From: Planctomycetota bacterium
Lineage (GTDB): Bacteria > Planctomycetota > B15-G4
Direction: 5' to 3'
Length of the DNA: 64,000 nucleotides
NCBI GenBank assembly: GCA_038212275.1
Contig: JBBQUR010000013.1
Coordinates: 1 to 64,000, forward strand
The translations under genes and the position numbers were made by a program. The notes under the pieces were generated by a model. The model was not told where the DNA came from, made no database searches, and saw nothing but the letters and a program-made list of their open reading frames with translations. Positions 27,696 through 36,168 of the stretch are shown piece after piece. The first letter of the stretch is position 1. The number at the start of each line of letters is the position of its first letter.

Positions 27696-29375
27696 CACGC
27701 CCAAGTTCGTAGCTGATAGCGATGTCCGCGAGTCGCACCATTCCACGCCAGGTCACGGTGTTGCCGGGTGGTCCATCGCTGGCTCGGTTCAGATACCCGC
27801 CCAGGCAGGCGAGTTGCAACAGACCGTCGCGGAGCGGGAAAGTTCCGCGCGGGCGGGGCTTTCCCGCGGTGCGCGCGAGGAGCTCGATCTCCAGGTCGGT
27901 GAAGACCAAGCCGGCTGGGGCGCGGCGAGTCGCTCGCTGCACCATCGTCAGCCAGAAGATGCGCCAGCCCACAATGCAGAAGATGGCGAGCAGGTGGACG
28001 ATCCGCTCGGCCGTTCGCAGCTTCAGATCCTCGGCCCGACACCCGGACTTGAGGATCTTGTGATACGTCTCGATGCGCCAGCGCAGCGCGTACCAGCGAA
28101 GTTTCTCGACCGCTTCTGCACGCGACCGGATCGGCAAGTCCGTGATCAGCTTCCAGTTGATCGCCTCGCGCCCTCGGGGCTGGCCTTGCTCGGTGGCATG
28201 CAGGACCGTCAGCTCCAGGCTCGGATAGCGGCTCTGCTTCCCGATCGGCGGGAGCACTCGGACCCGTCGATATCGAAGCTCGACGCGAGCGGTCGATGCA
28301 CGGCCCTCGCGATCCACGACCTCGACACGATGAACGCCCCGACAGCAGACATCTGCCATCTCGGCCGCGATCGTGTGGTCACCATCGCCAGCGAGTCGGT
28401 CCACGCACGTCCGGATCAGGAAGTGAGTTCCTGCCTCAGACGCCAGCCAGAATAGCTCGTAGATGTCGGCCTCACGATCGCCGATGTGGACGCAGCGCGC
28501 GGGTTCGCCGAGTCGTGCACAGGACTGGCGAACATTGTCCAGCCAACGCACGCTCTCCTTCTCCTCGATGGGCACGCGCGTCGGATTCACCTTCTTCTTG
28601 AGCGCGTTCGTGCCTTTGAACTTGTCCCGCGACCAGAACTTGATGGCCGCCAAGCCCAGGGGCAATCCCTCGGCCGTCACGACCAGGCTCGAGTGCATCA
28701 GCAGGCCGCATACCGTGTGCAGACGCGGGCGCCCATCTCCTCCGACTCCCGTCTGCGTCACCGTCGTCTTGCCGATGGCCTCTAAATGCTCGCGCTTGAA
28801 GGTAAACTCCGTCGTGTCGTGGAGCACGAGGATCGGCTCCTGGCCGTGCGGGATGCGGCCACGCGTCGCCTCGAAATGACCCTCGAGAATCTCTCCTTCA
28901 TCCACCCGGTCATTGTCCAGGAACCGGTAGGCAGCCTTCGTGCTGGCCCAGTCCTGGCACGCAAGCGGCAGACTGGCTCCGGGATGGGAGCCCAGTTGAT
29001 GCAGCAGCGCACGCAGGCGTGAGCCGAGCCGCTTGTCTTTGAAGTGACACTCCCGCAGCTCCCGATCAACCCAATCCACCTCCGCCTTGGACGCCGAGTC
29101 GGTGCTCGAGGATCTGCCTCTTCCGCTCATGATGGCCATGACCCGCCTCCTGGAACACGGTGAACATGCACACGTTGTTCCAAGATCCCGCACCACTTGC
29201 ACGCTCTGGAAACCAAGCGGGCAGCGTCGCGCACTCTCACCATGCGCCGATTAGATTAACATCGGTCGCCCACTCGTCCTGCTTGACCAGTATTCAGCTA
29301 AAAACTATTTACTCGCTCTCCCTGACGACTCGGCCGCATGCCCACAACTGCTCACGACTTGTGGGTAATCGAAAG
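27675..29375 (-). mobile_element. IS4-family (IS50/Tn5-like) insertion sequence, ~1.7 kb
   Basis: Single DDE transposase with perfect terminal IRs CTTTCGATTACCCACAAGTCG (27675-27695 and 29355-29375). The transposase stop lies in the IR. Exact ends uncertain because the inverted symmetry continues outward. Confidence 0.9.
27682..29139 (-). CDS. IS4 family transposase
   Basis: DKRL..R, KAAYRFL.N, VLHDTT, IGDREADIYE and the Y..RWRIE.YHK.LKSG (YREK) motif. GGAGG RBS before ATG 29139. Confidence 0.95.
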   Translation of the reverse strand: MAIMSGRGRSSSTDSASKAEVDWVDRELRECHFKDKRLGSRLRALLHQLGSHPGASLPLACQDWASTKAAYRFLDNDRVDEGEILEGHFEATRGRIPHGQEPILVLHDTTEFTFKREHLEAIGKTTVTQTGVGGDGRPRLHTVCGLLMHSSLVVTAEGLPLGLAAIKFWSRDKFKGTNALKKKVNPTRVPIEEKESVRWLDNVRQSCARLGEPARCVHIGDREADIYELFWLASEAGTHFLIRTCVDRLAGDGDHTIAAEMADVCCRGVHRVEVVDREGRASTARVELRYRRVRVLPPIGKQSRYPSLELTVLHATEQGQPRGREAINWKLITDLPIRSRAEAVEKLRWYALRWRIETYHKILKSGCRAEDLKLRTAERIVHLLAIFCIVGWRIFWLTMVQRATRRAPAGLVFTDLEIELLARTAGKPRPRGTFPLRDGLLQLACLGGYLNRASDGPPGNTVTWRGMVRLADIAISYELGRATCG

Positions 29376-29392
29376 CGTCACGCAACGGTTAC
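29355..29392 (+). repeat. Right arm of the 38-bp inverted repeat bounding the IS
   Basis: CGACTTGTGGGTAATCGAAAGCGTCACGCAACGGTTAC. Confidence 0.95.
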
Positions 29393-29435
29393 GACTGGAC
29401 TACAACACTACGAGACCGAATTCTTCTTTAGGCAA

Positions 29436-29469
29436 CCTTCCTCCGGCCACGAACGTGGCCGGAGGAAGG
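29436..29469. repeat. Perfect 16-bp inverted repeat (terminator- or REP-like hairpin) between convergent genes
   Basis: CCTTCCTCCGGCCACG-AA-CGTGGCCGGAGGAAGG. Confidence 0.8.
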
Positions 29470-29622
29470 CGATGAGCCATCTCCAAACCAGACGCGAATC
29501 TCTCGCTTCAGGTGGACCAGCGATGGGGAGCAGGTCACAACCCGTTCCACTCTCATAGCGACTGGACCAAAGAACGAGGTCACGTCACAGAGTCACGTCA
29601 GTCATACTGGCCAGTCCATGAT

Positions 29623-30126
29623 TCATCGCAAGAGTCGCCCAAGCAGAATCACGACAGTGAACGATGCCGTAGCGATGATAAACGCGATTCGTTGCAGGTT
29701 CGTAGAGAAGTGAGCGAGCAGTTGACGTCTTGACAACGCGTCTCTCACGCTTCCCTGATTCGCATGCACCGCTAGCAGGCCGCTTGACACGGATTCCGAG
29801 GACAGCCCCTCGGCAAGATAAAGAGATTCAGCATTTCCGTAGCGCTGTTCTGCCAGCGCGTACTGCCCTCGTTCGAAATAGATATTTCCAGCCAGCAACT
29901 GTGCAGTCGCTCTAACGGCTGCTGGCGCAGACTGAGACAGTTCGGAGAGTCGCCGCTCGGCATCACCAAGCATTCCCCTTTTCAGGAGCCCCCTTGCATC
30001 ATCAATCACCTCGGCAGGTCCGTGCGCTAGGTCATCGTTAGCAGACTGTTGGCCACTAACTCCGGCCGACAACAGGACAGCCAGCGTAGCGCCCGCAGCA
30101 AGGAAATGTACCTTGCGCTTGATCAT
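29623..30126 (-). CDS. Small TPR-like membrane-anchored protein
   Basis: Signal peptide, TPR-like LLAGNIYFERGQYALAEQRY and a C-terminal TM helix. ATGA coupling to the upstream gene. Confidence 0.65.
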   Translation of the reverse strand: MIKRKVHFLAAGATLAVLLSAGVSGQQSANDDLAHGPAEVIDDARGLLKRGMLGDAERRLSELSQSAPAAVRATAQLLAGNIYFERGQYALAEQRYGNAESLYLAEGLSSESVSSGLLAVHANQGSVRDALSRRQLLAHFSTNLQRIAFIIATASFTVVILLGRLLR

Positions 30127-31667
30127 GAGTCCCATGAAGTTGACGCACGCCATCCTGCATGGGCCATTGACTCGATGGGCGCGTTGCCATCCCGCAGAAG
30201 TCCACCCCCTCTGCTGGGTTCAACGGCACCGAAGGTGCCCGCATCGACCATCCAGCCGAGATGATTGCGAACGTCCGGCACTGCCATTTCAATGTCCTTA
30301 AGCCTCTCGTCGAGCGCCATGTGATCGAACGCACCACCACGCACCCCCATGAGAATCATGTTCCTCGTTCCAGGGACTCGAGCCATGATCGGGTCCGGGA
30401 ATACGCAGGCAAACGTACTGGAGATCGCAGAAACAACGGGGTCTTCACGCGTTCGACCACCGAGATTCAGGGCTGCAATTCCACCTTCCAGTAGATGCGA
30501 TCTAAGCTCCTGAAAGAATTCCATCGTGCACAGGTGTGCCGGTACATAAATCTGCTGAGAATATGAATCGACGATGATGCAGCCGAACTCTGCGGATGAA
30601 TATCTCAACGCGACTCGTGCATCGACACCCGAGTCAACGTGTATTGACTCAGGTAGTCCAAACCATTCGATACCGAGTTGCACCAAGCGTTTGTCCAGTT
30701 CTACACCACTCACGATACTGTCCGGCGAGATCTCGTGAATCTGCCGAGCCATCGTCCCGGCACCGAAGCCAAGGATCAAAACCCTTTGCAAGCCATCGGC
30801 TCCAAAAGGCGAGACGAGTGCGGGAGCGACAAACGCATCGAAATAGCGGTTGGTCCAAATCATGCCGGGCCTGTACGCGGAATGAAAGCTGTCGAGGCCC
30901 TCGTTGATCCGCAGGAGACGCGTTCCATCCGAATCCAGCTCTACGCGAGCATCCTGGTATGGCGTTTCCACTGAGGCAAGAACGGATTCGTCAGTGCTCA
31001 ATACCGGAAATGCCCGAGGTACGAGCGGTATCAGCAAAAAGACCAGCTTCATCGCGCTGACTCTCTCCCTAGATAGCAACCACACCAGGAGCGCAACACA
31101 TATGAGAAGCGATCCAGCCAGGCGGACGGACCATGCTGAACCAACGCGAGGCAGCATGAAGTACGTCGTTCCGAACGTACCGAACAGGCTCCCGAGCGTA
31201 CCGGCTCCGAGCATGGCGCCCGCGATCCGCCCCGGCACCTTCGGCGCCTCGCGTGACAATCGCACGAGCCATGGGGTCACAGCGCCCAGAGCGGCCATTG
31301 GCAAACCGACTGCAATCATGACAACAAGCAGCGACCCATAGGTCACAAACGGCCATGCTTCATCCAGTTGGAGGCCAGGCGGCAATGTCATCGGCGCAAG
31401 GAGTCTGATGACGTCCGGCACCACGAACGAGAGTGCGCCTGCAAGTAGGACGAGAGCAACAATGGGCGAAGACCTTTTTTGCACCGTCCATCTGCCACCC
31501 AGCCACTGGCCTGCCGCAAGTGCAGCCAAAACAACACCAATCACATTGGTCCAGACGATCTGGCTTTGTCCGTACCACGGGGCCATCAGCCGAACGGTCA
31601 TTAACTCGACCACCATGACCGCCGCCCCTGTCGCTGCAGCGATCAGAAGCAGCAGCCAGTGGGTCAC
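30123..31667 (-). CDS. Fused MFS-like membrane domain / spermidine synthase-like methyltransferase
   Basis: E+...RL+AP.+G.S..VWTNVIG membrane motif, ILGFGAG, VELD, DAR, IIVDSY and HL.T.EFF. Confidence 0.88.
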   Translation of the reverse strand: MTHWLLLLIAAATGAAVMVVELMTVRLMAPWYGQSQIVWTNVIGVVLAALAAGQWLGGRWTVQKRSSPIVALVLLAGALSFVVPDVIRLLAPMTLPPGLQLDEAWPFVTYGSLLVVMIAVGLPMAALGAVTPWLVRLSREAPKVPGRIAGAMLGAGTLGSLFGTFGTTYFMLPRVGSAWSVRLAGSLLICVALLVWLLSRERVSAMKLVFLLIPLVPRAFPVLSTDESVLASVETPYQDARVELDSDGTRLLRINEGLDSFHSAYRPGMIWTNRYFDAFVAPALVSPFGADGLQRVLILGFGAGTMARQIHEISPDSIVSGVELDKRLVQLGIEWFGLPESIHVDSGVDARVALRYSSAEFGCIIVDSYSQQIYVPAHLCTMEFFQELRSHLLEGGIAALNLGGRTREDPVVSAISSTFACVFPDPIMARVPGTRNMILMGVRGGAFDHMALDERLKDIEMAVPDVRNHLGWMVDAGTFGAVEPSRGGGLLRDGNAPIESMAHAGWRASTSWDS

Positions 31668-33061
31668 GGGCTCTTTCCTGGAATGTTCAGCTCTATTTCA
31701 GAAATGAGCTGTTCGCCCACGTAAAGCCCGTAATCCGCCGAGTTGTTGTAGTATCTGTTCTCGAGCATATAAGAGAGCTTGCGATTCACCTTGCCGGAAA
31801 AGGCCTTCTTGCCATTCACCTCGATGACCACATCCTTGTCGAGATCAACGAGTGCGTCGTTCAGGTAGACATAGAGCGAAGGCACATTGACGGTTTCTAT
31901 GTGAATCGTATTGGACGACTTGTCGATGCGAGCTTCGATTCTAGGGAAGTCCTTGTCCGAAGGACTTGCGCCGGCGCGCACGAGCGTCTCATTCGCCTTC
32001 AACCAGTGCACGGCTTGGAACTTCAGGTTTCCGAATTTGTAGTGGATCGACGAAGGCGCGTCGTCGCGTTTGCGGTTCTCGACCCATGCCGTGATCGCCG
32101 TCATTGAGTCCGCGCCTGGAGCCAGCGCAGAGCCGGCCTCATCGACCACTGTGATCTCCGAGCGCAAGTCTGTCCGCTCCTTGAGAGCCTTCAGGTCGAC
32201 AGTGCGCGCTTCGGATTTTCCGTTGATGTAGAGGACGGGAATACCCGTCATGTTTTCGTAAATTGTTTCCGGGCCACCTACTTCACCCGAACGATTGATC
32301 GCTCCTGCGAACCAAGATGGAAAACTTGACGCCATCCTGATGGCATCAAGTCCAGCTTCTCCCCATCCATCGACGAGGAGCCGTGACCGATCGAATCGCA
32401 CTTGCTCCACAAGCACGCGCAATGCCGTGAGAAAGGTGTCTTGCCCAGCCTGGGTGAACCAACTGCCCTCGATTTCAGAACTTTCTCCAGTCTTGCCGTT
32501 CTTGATGACCGGGCCCAACGGCACGAGAACGATCTGGGACTCCAGCAACGGGCCGTACGCGGCCGCGGCCGACTCCACAACTGCCTTGTCGAGCGCATCG
32601 CCCTTCAGTCCCAGATTCGGCTTCAAGGCCACGATGGCGGGAAGCGGCGATTCCACCTTTGAGTAGCTTGATGGAATCGAGATTAGGCAAGCCACGCTGT
32701 TCCCATTCAAGGAATCAACGAAATCGTGCCGGACAAACCCCCTTCCATATTGACCTTTAAGAGACTTGTCTTCCGGTTTCGCGGTCTCGAGCACGACATC
32801 CCAATCCGCCAGATACTTGAGCGACTGCGTGATTTTCGCCTTCTTCATTGAGGTCGCAAGGTTTTTCTGAATCGACTCGAGTGCCTTCAGTTTCTTGGTG
32901 CGAGCGTCCTTGTCCGTAGTCTCTGCATCAATGGCTGCAAAGTAGGCGAGCACATCGGGAGACAGCTTCTCCAGATCGCGGGTCGGAATCGGAGAGCGGA
33001 GCAGCGAATCATCCGGACCGACGAGTGCGGCCACGGTCAGCAAGAGCGTTGCAGCAAACAT
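31664..33061 (-). CDS. Secreted alpha/beta-hydrolase-like protein, probably catalytically degenerate
   Basis: Signal peptide. The 'IP..Y....LPAIVAL', 'FDRSR+++.G' and 'FAG...SG' pattern matches PHB-depolymerase/peptidase-like proteins, but the nucleophile elbow reads DGWGEAG. Confidence 0.6.
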   Translation of the reverse strand: MFAATLLLTVAALVGPDDSLLRSPIPTRDLEKLSPDVLAYFAAIDAETTDKDARTKKLKALESIQKNLATSMKKAKITQSLKYLADWDVVLETAKPEDKSLKGQYGRGFVRHDFVDSLNGNSVACLISIPSSYSKVESPLPAIVALKPNLGLKGDALDKAVVESAAAAYGPLLESQIVLVPLGPVIKNGKTGESSEIEGSWFTQAGQDTFLTALRVLVEQVRFDRSRLLVDGWGEAGLDAIRMASSFPSWFAGAINRSGEVGGPETIYENMTGIPVLYINGKSEARTVDLKALKERTDLRSEITVVDEAGSALAPGADSMTAITAWVENRKRDDAPSSIHYKFGNLKFQAVHWLKANETLVRAGASPSDKDFPRIEARIDKSSNTIHIETVNVPSLYVYLNDALVDLDKDVVIEVNGKKAFSGKVNRKLSYMLENRYYNNSADYGLYVGEQLISEIELNIPGKSP

Positions 33062-33146
33062 CTCGATATCTCCGTGACCTGGGAGGGGAACTGATACGCG
33101 TGTGAATCCGGATGTTGGCTAGTCTAGCCGTGTCGATGCGGACGGT

Positions 33147-34565
33147 TCAACGCGAGTTCGACCGATGCGCGACGTGGCGGAGATACAACGCCCAGTCTCG
33201 CACGGCGTCGTCATTCAAGCCCTCGATGAGCGCCAACGCGCGGCTTGGGTCAGCCGGATAGGAGTTCAATAGCATGTCGGCCAGATTCTGGGCGGCGTCC
33301 TGCCCCCCCGGCAACAGCGCCGCGCTCTCGAGCATTGCTCTCGCCTCGCTGTCTCTGCGCCAGCCCTGCAGCTGCAGCGCCGCATTGTTGAGGATGTCGG
33401 CGCGACCGGGCATTCGATCGGCCAGTTCCAACCACGCGTCAAGCGACCGCCCTGACTGCGCCATTGCCAACGCTCGGTTCATGGCGGCTCGTTCATCCCG
33501 CGGCTCGATGCGAAGCGAATCGTCGTACACGGCGAGCGCCTCGTCCCATGCGTGATTCGTGGCATACCAGTCGCCCAGGCTAACCAGGTCCGAAAGTGCC
33601 TGGGCATCCCCTTCCTCGGCAGCAGTTCGCAGGTGCTCTGCCGCTTCGGAACGCCGTCCCAGTCCAACGAGCAGACTCGCGTGGGCTCGCTCGAGTTCCG
33701 GAGTGCGGTAGTCCGTCGCCGCATCGAGGGCAGCAGCACCCTCGGCCGGCCGGCCCAGCTGTTCGAGCGACCACGAGCGATACCACGCCAGGAGTCCGTC
33801 TCGACGGGTCGTGTCATCTACGACGAGAGAGTCCAGCAGAGTCAATCGCTGAGCCGAGTTCTCCGGGCCAGGCAGTATTTCGAGCAGTGCCGCGAGCAGC
33901 GCGGGTAGCGGCAACCCGCCACTCACGGCAGCATTCCAGGCGACTACGGCTTCATCTGTGCGGCCTGCTCGTCCCAGTTCGGTCGCGAGTTCCACTTCGA
34001 AGTCACCCCGCTCCGGATTCGAGGCGACTGCCCTCGCGAGCCAGCTGCGGGCTCCTTCGGCATCACCCTGATTGCGCGCGATCAACCCGCGGAGGAAAGC
34101 AGCATAACCACGCCCGCTTTCGCCGAACCACGCTTCAAGGTCTGCAGGCAGCGACTCGTCGTCTTCCCGCAGATAGCGCGCGTATGCAGCCCAGTTTCTC
34201 GCGTCGCTTGTCGCGTCGGCCGGATTCTCCGTGACGCGCGCCAGCTGCTCCTCCGCGCGCCGAAGCATGGTGCGCCCGAGGTCGCGAGCGAAGGCTCGAC
34301 CTCCAATCAGCGGGAGGCCTCGCTGGATCTCTGCGCGCGCATTCCAATAGAGCGACAACGCGTCGTTCTCGTCGCGCGAGAGTCGCTCGCTGGCCAGGTC
34401 GACCAGATCTTCCCACCGCCCCTCGCTCGCGAGAACCGAGAGCGGATCCTCCTTGCCACTTCCGGCCTGGACGACCGCTGCCGATTCTGCATCCTGGACC
34501 TGCATGGGCTGCGTCTCCGTCAGGATCGCGGCCAACAGCAGTGCGATCGCCACGGCGTGAGTCAC
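33147..34565 (-). CDS. Tetratricopeptide repeat protein
   Basis: Signal peptide and repeated TPR-like helices (e.g. LGDWY....WDEALAVYD..L.IEP). GTGA overlap with purM. Confidence 0.75.
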   Translation of the reverse strand: MTHAVAIALLLAAILTETQPMQVQDAESAAVVQAGSGKEDPLSVLASEGRWEDLVDLASERLSRDENDALSLYWNARAEIQRGLPLIGGRAFARDLGRTMLRRAEEQLARVTENPADATSDARNWAAYARYLREDDESLPADLEAWFGESGRGYAAFLRGLIARNQGDAEGARSWLARAVASNPERGDFEVELATELGRAGRTDEAVVAWNAAVSGGLPLPALLAALLEILPGPENSAQRLTLLDSLVVDDTTRRDGLLAWYRSWSLEQLGRPAEGAAALDAATDYRTPELERAHASLLVGLGRRSEAAEHLRTAAEEGDAQALSDLVSLGDWYATNHAWDEALAVYDDSLRIEPRDERAAMNRALAMAQSGRSLDAWLELADRMPGRADILNNAALQLQGWRRDSEARAMLESAALLPGGQDAAQNLADMLLNSYPADPSRALALIEGLNDDAVRDWALYLRHVAHRSNSR

Positions 34566-35623
34566 GGAGCCCCGGATCCCTCGTATCGCACGAGTCGACT
34601 GCCTCCCTCGATTCGCCCGATGACCACGGGTCGCTCCCCTCGCGCCGACAGTTCCCTGGAAAACCGTTCGGATTCGGCGGCGGCCACGATGAGCACCATG
34701 CCGATCCCCATGTTGAACGTGCGGTCCATCTCGTCGCGCGCCACCGGTCCGCGGCGGGCCAGCTCGGCAAACAGCGCCGGCACATGCCAGCTGCCGCGAT
34801 CGATGACGGCATCAACGCCATCGGGAAGCACTCGCGGAATATTGTCCGTGAAACCGCCACCCGTGATGTGCGCCATGGCGTGCAGCGACGGATCGTTCAG
34901 GCTGGGGCGCAAGGGCTTGAGGTAGCACCGGTGAACGGCCAGCAATGCATCGGCAAGCGTGCCGGTGAGCCCCGGCAACCTGGTGTCCGGCGTAAGCCCC
35001 TCGCGTTCGAAGAAGACCTTCTGAGCCAGCGAGTACCCGTTGGTGTGCAACCCCGAGCTGTGCAGGCCCAGCAGGACGTCCCCTTCGCGCACTCGATCGG
35101 GCGAGAGGATCTTCGGACGATCCACGACACCGACGATGAAGCCCGCAAGATCGAAGTCTTCGCGCCTGTAGAGGCCCGGCATTTCCGCCGTCTCACCGCC
35201 GACGAGCGCGACGCCCTCATCGCGGCACGCATTTGCGAAGCCCGTGAGCAATCCCTCCAGCAACTCCGGCGTGAGATGCCCCGCCGCGATGTAGTCCAGG
35301 AAGAAGAGCGGCGTCGCTCCCATCACCAGGATGTCGTTGATGCAGTGGTTGACGAGATCCGCACCGACCGTGTCGAACCGACCGGCGAGCCGCGCCACCA
35401 TGAGTTTCGTGCCGACACCGTCGGTGCTCGAGACCAGAACCGGGTCGACCATGCCCGAGAAATCGGGCCGGAACAGCGACCCGAAACTGCCGATGCCGGT
35501 GAGGACCGAGGGTCCGTGCGTGCTCTTCGCAAGGCGGGCCACCGTCCGCATCGCACGCGTCTTCGTGTCGATGTCGACACCTGCATCCTTGTAGGTGATA
35601 GGGGTGCCGCCGGTCGCTACCAA
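34562..35623 (-). CDS. purM: Phosphoribosylformylglycinamidine cyclo-ligase
   Basis: YKDAGVDI, STDGVGTK, GGETAEMPG, SSGLHTNGYSL, HITGGG and TFNMGIG motifs. Confidence 0.96.
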   Translation of the reverse strand: MVATGGTPITYKDAGVDIDTKTRAMRTVARLAKSTHGPSVLTGIGSFGSLFRPDFSGMVDPVLVSSTDGVGTKLMVARLAGRFDTVGADLVNHCINDILVMGATPLFFLDYIAAGHLTPELLEGLLTGFANACRDEGVALVGGETAEMPGLYRREDFDLAGFIVGVVDRPKILSPDRVREGDVLLGLHSSGLHTNGYSLAQKVFFEREGLTPDTRLPGLTGTLADALLAVHRCYLKPLRPSLNDPSLHAMAHITGGGFTDNIPRVLPDGVDAVIDRGSWHVPALFAELARRGPVARDEMDRTFNMGIGMVLIVAAAESERFSRELSARGERPVVIGRIEGGSRLVRYEGSGAP

Positions 35624-36123
35624 GTCCGCTGTCCTCCTTTGCGCAGTCGTTCAAGCACGACGCGATGATTGCTGAAACCCACGTGATCGGGAAGCTCCGA
35701 GAGCGGGTGAAACGCGGCCTCACTGGCATCGCTCCCAGGCTGCAATTCGCCATCCACCTCCACGGCAGAATAGACAATGAGGACAGCCGCCTTCCGGGGA
35801 TCGTCGGTGGACGTCAGCACGTCGAGAAGCCCCGTCAGCCTGACGATCAGCCCCGTCTCCTCCCGCACTTCCCGCACCGCGGTGGACTCGATGTCCTCAT
35901 CCACCTCCTGATAACCCGCTGGCAGCATCCACGTTCCGCGGAACGGATCGATGGCGCGCCGGCACAGCAGGACATGGTCATCACGCCGCACGGCCACCGC
36001 GGCCGCCGGCACCGGATTCTCGTACGCCACGCGGTTGCATGCAGGACAGACCTGGCGATTCCTGCCCTCGATCTCGCGCTGATGGAGTCGCGTGCCGCAC
36101 GAGATGCAGAATCTGGGAGACAT
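35617..36123 (-). CDS. NUDIX hydrolase with N-terminal zinc ribbon
   Basis: FCxxCG...CxxC..YENP and the Nudix box PAGYQEVDE.....AVREVREETG. Confidence 0.9.
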   Translation of the reverse strand: MSPRFCISCGTRLHQREIEGRNRQVCPACNRVAYENPVPAAAVAVRRDDHVLLCRRAIDPFRGTWMLPAGYQEVDEDIESTAVREVREETGLIVRLTGLLDVLTSTDDPRKAAVLIVYSAVEVDGELQPGSDASEAAFHPLSELPDHVGFSNHRVVLERLRKGGQRTW

Positions 36124-36130
36124 CGCGGAA

Positions 36131-36159
36131 ATGATACCAGAGCACCCCGACGCTATACT
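36131..36159. promoter_or_regulatory. Back-to-back -10 hexamers for likely leaderless NUDIX (-) and dxr (+) transcripts
   Basis: TATCAT on minus (36136-36131), 7 nt before ATG 36123. TATACT on plus (36154-36159), 9 nt before ATG 36169. No Shine-Dalgarno sequence. Confidence 0.55.
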
Positions 36160-36168
36160 CGGCGCCCC

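Larger units (their letters stand above)
21100..33500. other. Region of depressed GC content with gradual borders
   Basis: Hand counts: 28/60 GC at 26521-26580 versus 44/60 at 961-1020. Many A/T third positions from about 21 kb to 33.5 kb. Borders approximate. Confidence 0.7.

Noticed and set aside
27498..29558. ORFs 27498..27746(-) and 29160..29558(+) share the peptide LVGNRKRHAT
   Set aside because: This is a by-product of reading through the two arms of the inverted repeat; they are not paralogous genes
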